Origin: Escherichia coli
GTDB taxonomy: Bacteria > Pseudomonadota > Gammaproteobacteria > Enterobacterales > Enterobacteriaceae
Length of the DNA stretch: 413 nt
NCBI RefSeq assembly: GCF_003334355.1
Contig: NZ_QOWP01000108.1
Direction: 5' to 3' (one strand)
Part shown: positions 1 through 413 of the stretch, in pieces
Layout: every line of letters starts with the position of its first letter
Position numbering within the stretch: position 1 is the first letter of the stretch
Translations under genes and position numbers: made by a program
Notes under the pieces: model-generated
What the model saw: only the letters and a program-made list of their open reading frames with translations
What the model was told of the DNA's origin: nothing
The model's database searches: none

Positions 1-413
1 ACCTCGAAAAATCTTCCACCAGAAAGCTACCCAGTCGGCGCACCAATCCCGTGGCCATCAGATACCGTTCCGTCTGGTTATGCCCTGATGCAGGGGTAGA
101 CTTTTGACAAATCTGCATACCCGAAACTTGCAGCCGCTTATCCGTCAGGCGTGATCCCTGATATGCGTGGCTGGACGATTAAGGGCAAGCCCGCCAGTGG
201 TCGGGCCGTATTGTCTCAGGAACAGGACGGCATTAAATCACACACCCACAGCGCCAGCGTATCCAGTACGGATTTGGGGACGAAAACCACATCGTCGTTT
301 GATTACGGCACTAAATCCACGAATAACACTGGTGCGCATACCCATAGTGTTAGCGGTACGGCTGCTTCAGCCGGTGCACATACCCATTCGATGACATTTG
401 TTTCAGGTGGTTC
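1..413 (+). CDS. stf: Side tail fibre protein, lambda Stf-like, internal fragment open at both window edges; interrupted by an in-frame TAG at 97-99 (candidate pseudogene or amber allele)
   Basis: Frame +1 is open over 1-96 and 100-413, with a single stop (TAG, 97-99). The translation carries motifs I recall from lambda Stf and E. coli prophage fibre paralogs: [57 protein letters not shown] and the Gly/Ser/Thr-rich [24 protein letters not shown]. The family-like sequence continues straight across the stop, which argues for one disrupted gene rather than two adjacent genes. The reading frame enters at position 1 and leaves at 413 with no start or natural stop in view. The family-level symbol stf is used; the exact paralog cannot be told from this fragment. 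No alignment was run. Confidence 0.8.
331..390 (+). repeat. Imperfect direct repeat inside the coding sequence encoding two G-A-H-T-H-S His-box motifs
   Basis: ggtgcgcatacccat (331-345) and ggtgcacatacccat (373-387) are identical at 14 of 15 positions and both encode GAHTH in frame +1. A third His-box, SHTHS, lies at 238-252 but uses cac codons, so it is similar at protein level only. This is a coding-sequence repeat, not an intergenic repeat. Confidence 0.6.

Noticed and set aside
1-30. DNA invertase (Hin/Gin/Cin/Pin family) crossover site, as found inside the tail-fibre genes of Mu, P1 and e14
   Set aside because: The A-rich stretch at 6-11 loosely resembles a hix/gix half-site, but there is no 26-bp imperfect palindrome with an AAACC...GGTTT core at the window start or elsewhere. 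No invertase gene is in view, and the element would be cut by the window edge if present.
97-99. Stop-codon reassignment (TAG read as an amino acid) in a recoded phage
   Set aside because: A single in-frame TAG in a sequence that otherwise looks like an ordinary enterobacterial lambdoid fibre gene is far better explained by a point nonsense mutation or a base-call error. It cannot be excluded without the rest of the genome.
167-394. Track ORF (75 aa, frame +2, GTG start) as a real protein-coding gene
   Set aside because: It overlaps the strongly fibre-like frame +1 throughout, has a low-complexity Arg/Pro-rich translation, and I see no convincing Shine-Dalgarno sequence ahead of the GTG. This is the usual signature of a shadow ORF.
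100-413. Independent downstream gene starting at ATG 163-165 (Met in IPDMRGW)
   Set aside because: Fibre-like sequence begins immediately after the TAG ([21 protein letters not shown], 100-162), before this ATG. No ribosome-binding site is evident and the Met appears to be an internal residue of the family motif.
1-413. Promoters, terminators, RNA genes, CRISPR repeats or minus-strand genes
   Set aside because: The window is fully covered by one + strand coding frame. I found no stem-loop with a U-tract, no spaced repeats and no long minus-strand ORF.

Overview
The whole window lies inside one + strand coding region (frame +1, codon phase of position 1) that I recognise as an internal piece of a lambdoid or enterobacterial prophage side tail fibre gene (lambda Stf / StfR / StfE-like family). 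Translation gives ...[133 protein letters not shown]. The most notable feature is an in-frame amber codon (TAG, 97-99) inside otherwise fibre-like sequence, so the gene as written is interrupted: a nonsense pseudogene, a suppressible amber allele, or a base-call error. Downstream of it are three His-box (HxH) motifs typical of tail-fibre distal domains. The only ORF in the supplied track (167..394, +) is in frame +2 and I judge it a spurious overlapping ORF. I see no RNA gene, CRISPR array, mobile-element end, promoter or terminator, and no evidence of a novel system in this 413 bp. All homology statements come from memory of the protein family, not from a search.
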